Origin: Macrostomum lignano
Lineage: Eukaryota
Assembly: GCA_002269645.1 (NCBI GenBank)
Contig: NIVC01000012.1
Location: 1 to 64,000, forward strand
Length of the DNA: 64,000 nt
Direction: 5' to 3'
Shown here piece after piece: positions 13,201 to 27,334 of this stretch. Numbering within the stretch: the stretch's first letter is position 1; the number at the start of each line of letters is the position of its first letter. The notes beneath the pieces were generated by a model. The model searched no databases and had not been told where the DNA came from. It worked only from the letters and a program-made list of their open reading frames with translations. The position numbers were made by a program, and so were the translations under genes.

Positions 13201-13957
13201 AGCAGGGACTGGAAAGCATCAACAGCAGCACCAGCAGCAGCAGCACCAATCGCGTCGCCTTCGTCGCAGTCAGAAAGAGCCACCAAACATCGTGGCCCTT
13301 CGACGCCGACTGTACATGTACGACAGTACCGTGATGCTGGGCCGATCGATGAACGAGGAGCGACGCGAACGAATGTACCTGCGAGGCAGCCTGGGCGCCG
13401 GCGATACAGAGGGATATCCTCCCAGCAAGCCGCAGAGGCGCCATCGGCGTCGTCAACAACAGCAGCAGCAGAGGGAGCGGCCGTCGACTGCGGTGGAGGC
13501 CGAGCGACTCACTGACCGGTACCGGGACATCAACCAGGACACCCGCCAGCTGCTGGAGAAGTGGCGCCAGGAGAGCAGCAACGACAACAACAAAAACGGT
13601 GGTAGCGGCGGCGGCGGCGGCGGCGATTCCTCTAGTCGATCGGCTCGACCCGCGAGTGGTCGTTCAGGCTCCGGCGGGTATCCACGACCGAGATCTCAGC
13701 ATCATCAACAGCAGCAGCGGCAGCCGCAGCCGCAGCCGCAGCCTCCGCCGTACCGCCGCCCACAGAGTGGCAGCCGTTTCCTCGACTATTTTCCCAACAA
13801 CGTCAGCGGCAGCGGCGCGGGCGGCAAAGATCAAACTAAGCGGCAGCAGCGACCAGCAACAGCAGCCGTCGACAACGAGGAGGTCGGACGTCGTCGGGGT
13901 CGACGCAGATCGAGGTCTAGAAGACGCGGCCTCGGTTACCACTGGGGCTATCGATGA
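10077..13957 (+). CDS. Ankyrin-repeat protein (~10 ANK repeats) with coiled coil and low-complexity C-terminus; join(10077-10273,10711-11062,11840-12199,12342-13957) with a -1 frameshift near ~12900
   Basis: GNTPLHVV, GETPLLL, GNSTLHYAV, GRTAFTLAA, GRSPLFYAV, GRTAIHVAA, DQTPLHLAA, GKTARQLA motifs. All three introns are GT-AG with compatible phases (2,0,0). Confidence 0.85.
10290..10640. repeat. ~48-bp minisatellite in ankyrin intron 1
   Basis: CATGAAGTTTAG recurs at 10355, 10403, 10451, 10498... Confidence 0.85.
10711..11062 (+). CDS. Ankyrin gene exon 2
   Basis: Acceptor TTTCAG; donor GTTAGC; ANK repeats. Confidence 0.85.
11236..11440 (+). repeat. Dispersed repeat, copy 1 (ankyrin intron 2); homologous to 26546-26730
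   Basis: Shared collinear blocks CGATTAGAAAGTCAGGGCC, GTGTACACCCTGT, ATGAGTGCGTG, CTGCGTACAG, ATGTGCTCAG, CAGCGGAATGGGCAGAAT. Confidence 0.8.
11840..12199 (+). CDS. Ankyrin gene exon 3
   Basis: Acceptor CCGCAG; donor GTGAGA; four ANK repeats. Confidence 0.85.
12342..13957 (+). CDS. Ankyrin gene exon 4 (frame 0 stops at 13160; the -1 frame is open from ~12765 to 13957)
   Basis: Acceptor CGCTAG; last ANK repeats, E/K/Q coiled coil, then S/R/Q/G-rich tail in the shifted frame. Confidence 0.7.
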
Positions 13958-14540
13958 GTAATGAAATAATAATATTAATACCAATCAACACTCGATTATA
14001 CATAAAACGATACTTTACCCCGTTCTATAAAATTCTTATCTTTTTTATACGTATATAAAATACCCAATGTAGTACGTGGGCCCATCTATGCGAGTGTAAG
14101 CCAGATTGCTTGTTGGTGGTTAGCCGCTGTTTTATCTTTATATGCACTCACTGTCTATCACGAAAGACACGTCTAAGTGCCTTAATGCTGCTCAAGCCAC
14201 TGTTTGTGATAATTTTCTAAAGAAAACTACACACCTACGAGTTCCAGGTACAAATGTTCATCCAAGAGGGACAGGAATTGGTCGATCTTTTATTTGCACC
14301 ACATTTGGCTCGTAAACTATCTATCTTAATCGCTCCTGGCTGGGAAGTAAACCGAGAATGGAATAAAGAAAATTGAACCGAATTTTAATTTTCACACCTG
14401 TAAAAGGCATTTCGAAATCGCTGCGCTTTGTTTATTACACGCATGGAAATCAGATTTTATCATAAGAAAGCAATTAGACCCCCAGTACTGCATTGGCGCA
14501 GGCAGAGTGAGCGTGTCTAGGGGGGCCGCGCCCCCAATCG

Positions 14541-14652
14541 CCACCAAGAGACAGGGGCGCCGACCAAGAGACAGGGGCGCCCACCAAGAGACAGGAGGCG
14601 CCCATCAAGAGACAGGGGCGCCCGCCAAGAGACAGGGGCGCCCACCAAGAGT
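14541..14652. repeat. 20-bp tandem repeat (CCACCAAGAGACAGGGGCGC) x~5.5, preceded by a GGGGGGCCGCGCCCCC hairpin
   Basis: Directly visible; probably inside a decayed MITE. Confidence 0.8.
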
Positions 14653-15881
14653 AAAAAAAGCGAAAAAAGTAAGTTTTTAGCATGGCTATACATACACTCG
14701 TACATGTAGGTGGGTCTTGAAATTAGGTCCTCCTGGCACATGTTTGCCTGATTTTAATTAGCATTTACCATGCAGATAGTCGCTGTAATTTATCAAAAAG
14801 ATTCATTCCTCGATTACGTTGCTACCAGTACGTGGCACATTCCCAAGAATTCATCATGTATACTGTGAATGTAGTTTATTTATAAATGCTTTTTATCAGT
14901 AAACTTAATGCGATAGGACTTCTAAATTATCCTTAGCTAGTTTATCCCAAGATGCATGTAGCTCGTACTTGTAACTTTTCCAAAGTGACTTATTCCAGAG
15001 GTAACTACTTCCGAGGTGACTCTGACTACAGTATAACTTCTCCCAAGGAAAATTAAACTTCGACAAGAAAAATTCTAGTACCCATATGTAAAGCAACTTT
15101 TAATAAAGATATCTAAATATTGTTTGTATTTATAAACAAAGTTTCACAACGAGCAGCAGAAAATGAAGCTGACCTGTAGTTTTAACTAATGAAGTACATT
15201 TACGCTCGCTAGACTTACGACTTACAAGGCAAATATCCATAAAGCGCTAGCAGTTTTAAAAGAATTAATTATGTAATCGAGCTGAACATGCGACAAATAG
15301 AAAAGAGACAGAAATTCTGGCTTCAGAGTGCAGTTTGAGTTTCGGCAGAGTTTTACTGGGGATAAATTCAGACAGCATTTGTGTAGGGTAAATTTTATGG
15401 CAAGTTGGCGACAAATTTATTCTGCGATAGACTACTGTTAGTAGAGAAAAAGAATATCGACAGCGACAATCAAAATAGTAATAAAAATATGCATAGATAT
15501 ATTTTTCTAGTAAGAAAATTTAGCTAAAAATGTTTTGAAGAAAAATTCGGTTTTTTGTTTCGAACTGTTTATCTTTTTTCGCCTGTGTAAATGACTGTTT
15601 AATGACGTTTTATAATCAATGGTAAGTTTATATGCGCATGCACATGCTTATAGTAGGGCCTGTTTAAAATTATTTGATAGGTTTGTTTAACGGGCTGTTT
15701 ATGGAGCAAAGGCGTCGATTTTTTTTGTTAAAAAGAGAATTCTGAGAGATATAATTTAACTGCTCAGAATCCATGCACAACAAATAGAACATTTTGTGGT
15801 TGCACTACTGGCCACAAGTTCTAGAAGTAGTATCTATCCATCTACATGTATCTTTCTCTCAAGTGAAGTTGCAAATTCAGT

Positions 15882-18891
<3,010 letters not shown>

Positions 18892-19349
18892 GCCGGGACG
18901 CAGCAGTTTGAGCAGGGACTCAAGCGAAGCGTCGGAGTCTCGCATTGCAATTAGCAGGCAGATTGATTAATAGATCGAGACTTGACTGGGAGTTCCGCAA
19001 TTCCCAAGCTTCTTGATAAGGGCTAAACTAAGAATGGAGCAAAAGCGAAACGGGATCTCTTGCCAGCGAGTTAAATTTATAACCTTCAGATCCTCGGCGA
19101 TCTGCTCTAGAGATAAGCTCACGGGAATGTACGCCTGCAGACTGGGGTGGGTGAACTAAGGGATTTCCATTTCCTATTTCCCAGGCTTATTGGTTCTCCT
19201 AACGTTCTTTTCTCACTCCACTGAGGCCAAGGACACTTAGAACTGCAACCTGGAGCGGAAACTGGTCCCTGCATGAGACCGATTTCATCGTGCTTAAACT
19301 TCACGCAAGTGCTTGAAATGAAATAATCAATTTAACGATGTGACGTTTA

Positions 19350-19901
19350 GGTTTTGTGAAGCTTAGGTCTTGTGAATTTTAGGTCTTGTGAAGTTTAGGT
19401 CTTGTGAAGTTTAGGTCTTGTGAAGTTTAGGTCTTGTGAGGTTTAGGTCTTGTGAAGCTTAGGTCTTGTGAAGTTTAGGTCTTGTGAAGTTTAGGTCTTG
19501 TGAAGCTTAGGTCTTGTGAGGTTTAGGTCTCGTGAAGTTTAGGTCTTGTGAGGTTTAGGTCTTGTGAAGCTTAGGTCTTGTGAGGTTTAGGTCTCGTGAA
19601 GTTTAGGTCTTGTGAGGTTTAGGTCTTGTGAAGTTTAGGTCTTGTGAAGCTTAGGTCTTGTGAGGTTTAGGTCTCGTGAAGTTTAGGTCTTGTGAGGTTT
19701 AGGTCTTGTGAAGCTTAGGTCTTGTGAAGTTTAGGTCTTGTGAGGTTTAGGTCTTGTGAGGTTTAGGTCTTGTGAAGTTTAGGTCTTGTGAGGTTTAGGT
19801 CTTGTGAAGTTTAGGTCTTGTGAAGTTTAGGTCTTGTGAGGTTTAGGTCTTGTGAAGTTTAGGTTTTGTGAAGTTTAGGTTTTGTGAAGTTTAGGTCTTG
19901 T
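19350..19901. repeat. 16-bp minisatellite (GAAGTTTAGGTCTTGT and variants)
   Basis: Directly visible. Confidence 0.95.
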
Positions 19902-20615
19902 CATTATTCAAATTTGTCCGATTCTTGATTTTTTGTCAAAGAATTTTCTTTGACTTAGTGGACAGCGTCAGATACATGGGCACTTCAGGAAAGTCCTGAA
20001 ATTTAACAAAATTGGGGAACACGACTTTGCTTGTGGCGCTAAAACTTAATGCTCTATGGCAGAAAAATATTAGTTTTTCAAGTTGAAGGCACCATTCCAA
20101 ATTTCGGTTTTAGTTCGCCATGACCAGCCGGATTGGCTCCTCCGATCCGCCCCGCCAACCCCACCCAAAACCCCGTCCCTGTAGAAGAGTCTTCCCTTCA
20201 CCGTGGGAATCGCCAAATATGGCAATGAGGCAAAGCCTTCCCTTCGGGCTGTCGGACCGCTCCTTCTCTCTGGCCTCAGCCTTGCGGCGGATTCCCCCAC
20301 TCGTCTCTTGTTTGTACCGGAGCTAAAAATAGCCGGGCCAAGAGGAAATCAATGAAATGGGGAGTGGAAAAGAGCAGGCAAGACTGCGAGGGAAAGGTTA
20401 ATTTTAGACTCTGGCTAAATATTCCCTCTCTGAGAGGGATTTTTAGAACAGTCTTTGCGAACCCGCCTCCAAACATTAGTACGCTAATCTTGCATGATGC
20501 TGAAAAGGGAAATCGCACTCACAAGCTGAATCCGCTTTTTAAGTACAAGAGTGAAATGCGGGGATATATATAGTCATGGGCAATGAAGCCAGACCAGTTC
20601 CAGTGAAGGTAAGGT

Positions 20616-21382
<767 letters not shown>

Positions 21383-21762
21383 GAGTCAGGCTCTGCTGCA
21401 GTACAGACAGGTGAAGATATCCGAGAGCCATTAAAATTACAAAACATTACTCTCACGCAGTCATGCGCGAAGCAACCTATTAATTGGTTTTCCACAGTGC
21501 AACCGTTGAGTCGAAACTCCGATCCGATGAATTTTCAATTGTCTAGCGAATTGCTATTAGATGAATCAGATACGAGCCGTAGCACTTAGCTGGATTGCTC
21601 GAGCGCGGCTTTTTGAACGCGATTTGCTTTTTTTCGAGTGGATTTGATGCAATTTTATTACGGTTTTAACTAAAATCTGGAGCGAGACAGAGCAGAAAAA
21701 AGCCGGCGAGATTCGGGGTGCTTGTTTGCAAGATTGCCTGGTAGGTGACTGGTTTCGGCGAG

Positions 21763-22540
21763 ACGGAGATGAAGATGGAGAGCGAGGTGGAGAGGGAGAT
21801 GGAGAGGGAGAGGGAGAGGGAGAGGGAGACAGAGAGGGAGATGAAGAGGGAGACAGAGAGGGAGATGAAGAGGGAGATGGAGATGGAGAGGGAGGGGGAA
21901 ATGGAGAGGGAGAGCGAGATGGAGAGAGAGATGGAGATGGAGAGGGAGAGGGAGAGGGAGAGGGAGACGGAGAGGGAGAGGGAGAGGGAGAAGGAGACAG
22001 AGAGGGAGATGAAGAGGGAGACAGAGAGGGAGATGAAGAGGGAGATGGAGATGGAGAGGGAGGGGGAAATGGAGAGGGAAAGCGAGATGGAGAGAGAGAT
22101 GGAGATGGAGAGGGAGAGGGAGAGGGAGAGGGAGACGGAGAGGGAGAGGGAGAGGGAGATGGAGATGGAGAGGGAGAGCGAGATGGAGAGAGAGAGATGG
22201 AGATGGAGAGGGAGAGGGAGAGGGAGAGGGAGACAGAGAGGGAGATGAAGAGGGAGATGGAGATGGAGAGGGAGGGGGAAATGGAGAGGGAGAGCGAGAT
22301 GGAGAGAGAGAGATGGAGATGGAGAGGGAGAGGGAGAGGGAGAGGGAGAGGGAGACAGAGAGGGAGATGAAGAGGGAGATGGAGATGGAGAGGGAGGGGG
22401 AAATGGAGAGGGAGAGCGAGATGGAGAGAGAGAGATGGAGATGGAGAGGGAGAGGTAGATGGAGAGGGAGACGGAGAGGGAGAGGGAGAGGGAGAGGGAG
22501 AAGGAGAGGGAGAGGGAGAGGGAGATGGAGATGAAGATAG
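21763..22540. repeat. Purine-rich (GGAGAG/GGAGAT) compound repeat with repeated higher-order blocks
   Basis: Directly visible. Confidence 0.9.
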
Positions 22541-23322
22541 AGATGGCGAATTAGAGGGAGTTGGAGAGGGAGACAGAGAGGGGGAAGGGTTAAAGGAGAA
22601 GAAAATAGACAGCATGACAGCAGGTTTACAGTTATCACACAGGCAGTCAGTATGTGAACTCTGTAAACTGACAGTTATAGTTTAGCTAAGATGAAATCAG
22701 AAAGAGCAGTTATATAGTTTGGTTCCAGCCCTGCGGCTTGATGGTCATGACGCAAGCAGTTTTCAGTTCTATAGATGAGGGGCATCTATCGCATTTTAGC
22801 TGCTGCAGCTCATGGCAGGATCAATTTCGGTGATAGTCGAGGCGATCATTATGAGTGTCAGATGGCTGTCAGAAGTTAGAATAAGTGATTCAATACTCAG
22901 CATGGGCCACTGCACTGTGACCTGCGAGTGGAAGTCATCGACACTGATTGATGCTCGATTTCCGTTTTTTCAAACAAAAATATTTCCTCCGCGGCATGGA
23001 TTAATGCTTGGGCCAAAAAATAGCTCAACATGACTTCATTCGTGGCCCCATAAACATTGCGAGCTTCCAAAAACAAAAACCTGCGCAGGGCAGTTGTGGG
23101 ACGATGTCATGTCACCAAAAAGGCTTTGCGCCAGAGTGCCCATAACCGTTCTGCAATTATTGTTATTATTGCTGTTTTTATTCTCTTTTTATTATTTAAA
23201 AACTATATATTTGCCTAACTGCACTTGTGGACTAAATTCTGATCTCAAAATCCTAATTTTAGTTTAAAGCTAGCTATAGCTTTATAAAGGCTTTCGTTCA
23301 ACCCTCTGCCAGGCGCCGGTTG

Positions 23323-23394
23323 GCCGTGATCGTATAGTGGTTAGTACTTCTCGTTGTGGCCGAGACAACCCAGGTTCGAATCCTGGTCACGGCA
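23323..23394 (+). tRNA. tRNA-His-GTG: tRNA-His (anticodon GTG)
   Basis: GCCGTGA/TCACGGC acceptor stem, anticodon arm TCTCG-TTGTGGC-CGAGA (GTG at 23356-23358), T arm CCAGG-TTCGAAT-CCTGG, A and B boxes intact, oligo-T ~40 nt downstream. Confidence 0.97.
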
Positions 23395-25199
23395 AGATGC
23401 GGTGATGTCTCTTGCGCGGCATAGGGCGCCATATTTTTTTTAAGTAATAATTCTTGAAATTATTCTTAATTCCATATTTGCGTTAAATGAGTATAGTATT
23501 TAAAAGCCTTTTAAAAATATGGTATAATATCCAAATTTTCTTCTTTTAATTATTGTAAAATAGTATCTTAATGAGTACTTTCGTAATTATTGTGCCGTCA
23601 AAAACATTTTCTTTCAATATGACTCCGTGTGATAAAATTGTATTTATAAGGGTAGATTGTATGAATTTTGTCATTAAAATTTCTAAAGTTGTTTACACTG
23701 TTTACAGATAGCGTAAAGTTCGGATGTAGCAATCAAATTTTATTTTGCCGATATGTAGCGTAGAACACCCTGTAAAGCAGTTTTTTCAATACGAATTGTC
23801 AAATCTTCAGGCTAATTCCTTATTTTGTCTTATTTAAAAAAATAATGCTTTTGAAATTTTTTATTGATTTAGCACAACTTTCGCTCTGGTTGAAATCAAT
23901 ATTTAATTTTGAAACAACTTACTACTTATGTAAAGTTAATACAAGAAGCTCATATTATATTATGGCTCGATCGTTACTGATCATTATATTTCTTACACAA
24001 TACTTTAATTATTAATATCGCAAAAAATTCATCAAAAATGGAAACCGGTGGACAAAACAAAAAATTTAAAGACGAAAAGAGTATATCCACTTAGATTTTT
24101 TATTAAATAGAATTTTTAACCAAACGCCGATCAATTGCCATGATTTGTAAAATTATTTTACTATAAGTAGCATAATAGAAATTATTGGAATCGCGGATAC
24201 TTTGGACAGATTACTAAATAACATTTTTAAGATTTCACAACATAAATATGTGTAAAGGGATAATAATTTTTTTTTAAATCCTATTGCGATAATATAGAAT
24301 ATATTGCCATACGCTTTGATTCTAGCCAAGCCAAGGTTTAGTAAAATACTGCGTCGAATGGAAACAGCAAGGGCAAGCGATTAAAACATGAGGATTTTCC
24401 ATCTAATGTAAACTCTCGCAAATAATATTGTATAATGTACCTTACTGAAAATAAGAAACACAATACCGTTGCTCATCGCAAAAAGAATTTTAAAACCATA
24501 CATGCAGGTCACAATTTATCAGAAAAAATTGCATTCAGACAGCGCATTATAACTAAAAAATACAAGACAATAAGTTCACAATATACTACTCTATAATCGA
24601 GAGTAGTCAGCACTAGAAGGTGACAATAAAATCGGATGCTCCTTAGATACACGTCAGATACTCATTCGAAACAAAATTTCTCACCAGTGAAAAAATACTT
24701 TTTGTTAAGTAAACTCGCCTATTAGCTGTGGCTAATTATTGTATGGCATAACAAAATTAGAAACAGAATCTTGTTTGCGAATAATAGGTAAGTAGACAAT
24801 AAGATCAGATCTAGCTTCCCAGTTCCAAGGATTTACGAGGATGGCCGATATGTGGTGTAAATCATATTTTGCTCTACGCTCGTACAGTACATGAAGGCGA
24901 AGAATGTAATTGCCGACTCGAACCAAAGTAAGCTAACTAACTTTTTAGAGAAGAAAAGAAAGGGTTTAAAACCATTGTGAGAGCTCATTACCATATACTA
25001 CTACGAGTACATTGGTTCTTTATTTAACTTTTTTTAACATACACTAGGAAAGCTACTGAGTTTTGATCACGAGAGCATCATATTTCGTCTTAAGAAAAAG
25101 CCTCAAGGCCTCAAAAAAGTATATGTAAATCTAAACAGAACAAGCTTGAGAGCCTTGTACAAGTTGTGAACCGGTAGGTGCAGTATATCTGAGCGAGAT

Positions 25200-26205
25200 A
25201 CAATGACAAACCAAGATTGAGAGCCTCAGAGCCATACGCTCGTAGAGATCAAGATTTAGAGCCTCAGAGACCAAGATTGAGAGCCCCAAAGCCATAGGAA
25301 ACCAAGATTTAGAGCCTCTGAGACAAAATTGAGAGCCTCAAAGCCATAAGAAATCAAGATTGAGAGCCTCAGAGACAGAAGAAACCAAGATTGAGAGCCT
25401 CAAAGCCATAAGAAATCAAGATTGAGAGCCTCAGAGACAGAAGAAACCAAGATTGAGAGCATTAAAGCCATAAGAAATCAAGATTGAGAGCCCCAAAGCC
25501 ATAAGAAATCAAGACTGAGAGCCTCAGAGACAGAAGAAACCAAGATTGAGAGCCTCAAAGCCATAAGAAATCAAGATTGAGAGCCCCAAAGCCATAAGAA
25601 ATCAAGACTGAGGGCCTCAGAGACAGAAGAAAGCAAGATTGAGAGCGTCAAAGCCATAAGAAATCAAGATTGAGATCGAGCCTCAGAGACAGAAGAAATC
25701 AAGATTGAAAGCCTCAAAGCCATAAGAAATCAAGATTGAGATCGAGCCTCAGAGACAGAAGAAATCAAGATTGAAAGCCTCAAAGCCATAAGAAATCAAG
25801 ATTGAGATCGAGCCTCAGAGACAGAAGAAATCAAGATTGAGAGCCTCAAAGCCATAAGAAATCAAGATTGAGATCGAGCCTCAGAGACAGAAGAAATCAA
25901 GATTGAAAGCCTCAAAGCCATAAGAAATCAAGATTGAGATCGAGCCTCAGAGACAGAAGAAATCAAGATTGAAAGCCTCAAAGCCATAAGAAATCAAGAT
26001 TGAGATCGAGCCTCAGAGACAGAAGAAATCAAGATTGAAAGCCTCAAAGCCATAAGAAATCAAGATTGAGATCGAGCCTCAGAGACAGAAAAAATCAAGA
26101 TTGAAAGCCTCAAAGCCATAAGAAATCAAGATTGAGATCGAGCCTCAGAGACAGAAGAAATCAAGATTGAGAGCCTCAAAGCCATAAAAAATCAAGATTG
26201 AGAGC
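25200..26205. repeat. 31-bp-based dimeric satellite (62-bp then 66-bp higher-order unit)
   Basis: AAGATTGAGAGCCTCAAAGCCATAAGAAATC alternates with AAGATTGAG(ATCG)AGCCTCAGAGACAGAAGAAA(C/T)C. Confidence 0.93.
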
Positions 26206-26545
26206 CAAACCCTCGAGCCAAACCCACTCAGAAGTTTTCCGAAGTTCTCACGCAACCCGCCAAGAGCAAGCACAAATTTCACAGGTCACTCTGATCAGCC
26301 AACGGAATGGGCACGGAGCTCTGACGGCCGATTTCTTGCAGCTGTTGCTGCCTCGAAGCGGCCGCGACCTCCTCTTCATCCGTGGCCTGCAGACTCGTGG
26401 CTTTGGTCAGGCAGCGCCGACGGTCCCAGCTGCGCGACTTGATTACGAATGGCGGCCCCTCGCTGGCCTTGCGATAGCGCGGTACCGTGCCTTTTGTGCG
26501 ACAGTATGCAAAACACGAATGCAAGTTTTACCCAGCAATACCCAG

Positions 26546-26730
26546 CGATTAGAAAGTCAGGGCCGCTGTACAGTGTACACCCTGTATGAGTGCGTGGCTG
26601 CGTACAGTATTAACGCGCTTGCATGTGCTCAGGAGCCAGCGGAATGGGCAGAATCGCCTCAGCACTGGTTGTGGGACAATGTCAACGAGGGCGTTGCCCC
26701 AGGGTGTTCAAAACTCCTTTCGAATATTGA
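26546..26730 (+). repeat. Dispersed repeat, copy 2, abutting the TMEM26 stop codon
   Basis: Homologous to 11236-11440. Confidence 0.8.
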
Positions 26731-26734
26731 TCTT

Positions 26735-27334
26735 TTATGCAGAACAGAAGTTCAGCTGGTTAGAAGTAGTCATTCTAGTGTTAAAAACGTCGAATTCTAA
26801 GATTAGCGCTCTTAATCCCTGCTCCTGCAACTCACCAGCCGAGTACTTTTCCTTGACGCTAAACTTGACCACTGTGCTGGCCGTACCGGACTCCGAACCG
26901 TTGGACTGCAGAGTTTTCAAGCTGGTGGACGATTTCCGGTTCGCTGGCAGAGACGGCACCGCAGAGGCAGACGTCGGTTCCGACTTCTCCGACAGGCTAC
27001 CAGCGATTGACGCGTCGCGGAGCCGACGCGGCCCTGTCAGCTCCCAGATGCCGTCGTCATCCTCGTCGATGCCGACTCTGCGGATGGCGCCACCTCCGCC
27101 GCCGCCACCCTCCTCAGGATCGGAGTCGTCGGACAGCAGCACGTGCGGGCCGGCCTCACGGAGCGCCTTCCGAGCGCGTCGGATCCGACGAAATCTTTCC
27201 CAGTAGACAACGACCAGGCGGTACGTGAGCAGGGTGCACACCAGGGTGTTCTTCAGCGTGAAGAAGATGTTAGTGTAGCTGGTCGTGTCGTAGTTAATCA
27301 TCATGAATAGGCGAACAATCAGGTAAGGCAGGTC
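26735..27334 (-). CDS. TMEM26: TMEM26 exon 4
   Basis: Acceptor CCGCAG; DLPYLIVRL; low-complexity tail to TAA. The extreme C-terminus is less certain. Confidence 0.8.
   Translation of the reverse strand, partial: DLPYLIVRLFMMINYDTTSYTNIFFTLKNTLVCTLLTYRLVVVYWERFRRIRRARKALREAGPHVLLSDDSDPEEGGGGGGGAIRRVGIDEDDDGIWELTGPRRLRDASIAGSLSEKSEPTSASAVPSLPANRKSSTSLKTLQSNGSESGTASTVVKFSVKEKYSAGELQEQGLRALILEFDVFNTRMTTSNQLNFCSA

Noticed and set aside
20140-20180. CCAAT-box and GC-box motifs about 1.3 kb upstream of the CBFbeta ATG
   Set aside because: Short motifs occur by chance, and no transcription start evidence is available.
20576-20608. Possible plus-strand first exon MGNEARPVPVK followed by donor GTAAGG just before the GATA array
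   Set aside because: No recognisable downstream exons join it into a known protein, so it is too weak to call.
26198-27206. Plus-strand ORFs of 200-206 aa
   Set aside because: No recognisable domain; they are antisense to TMEM26 exon 4 or overlap a dispersed repeat.
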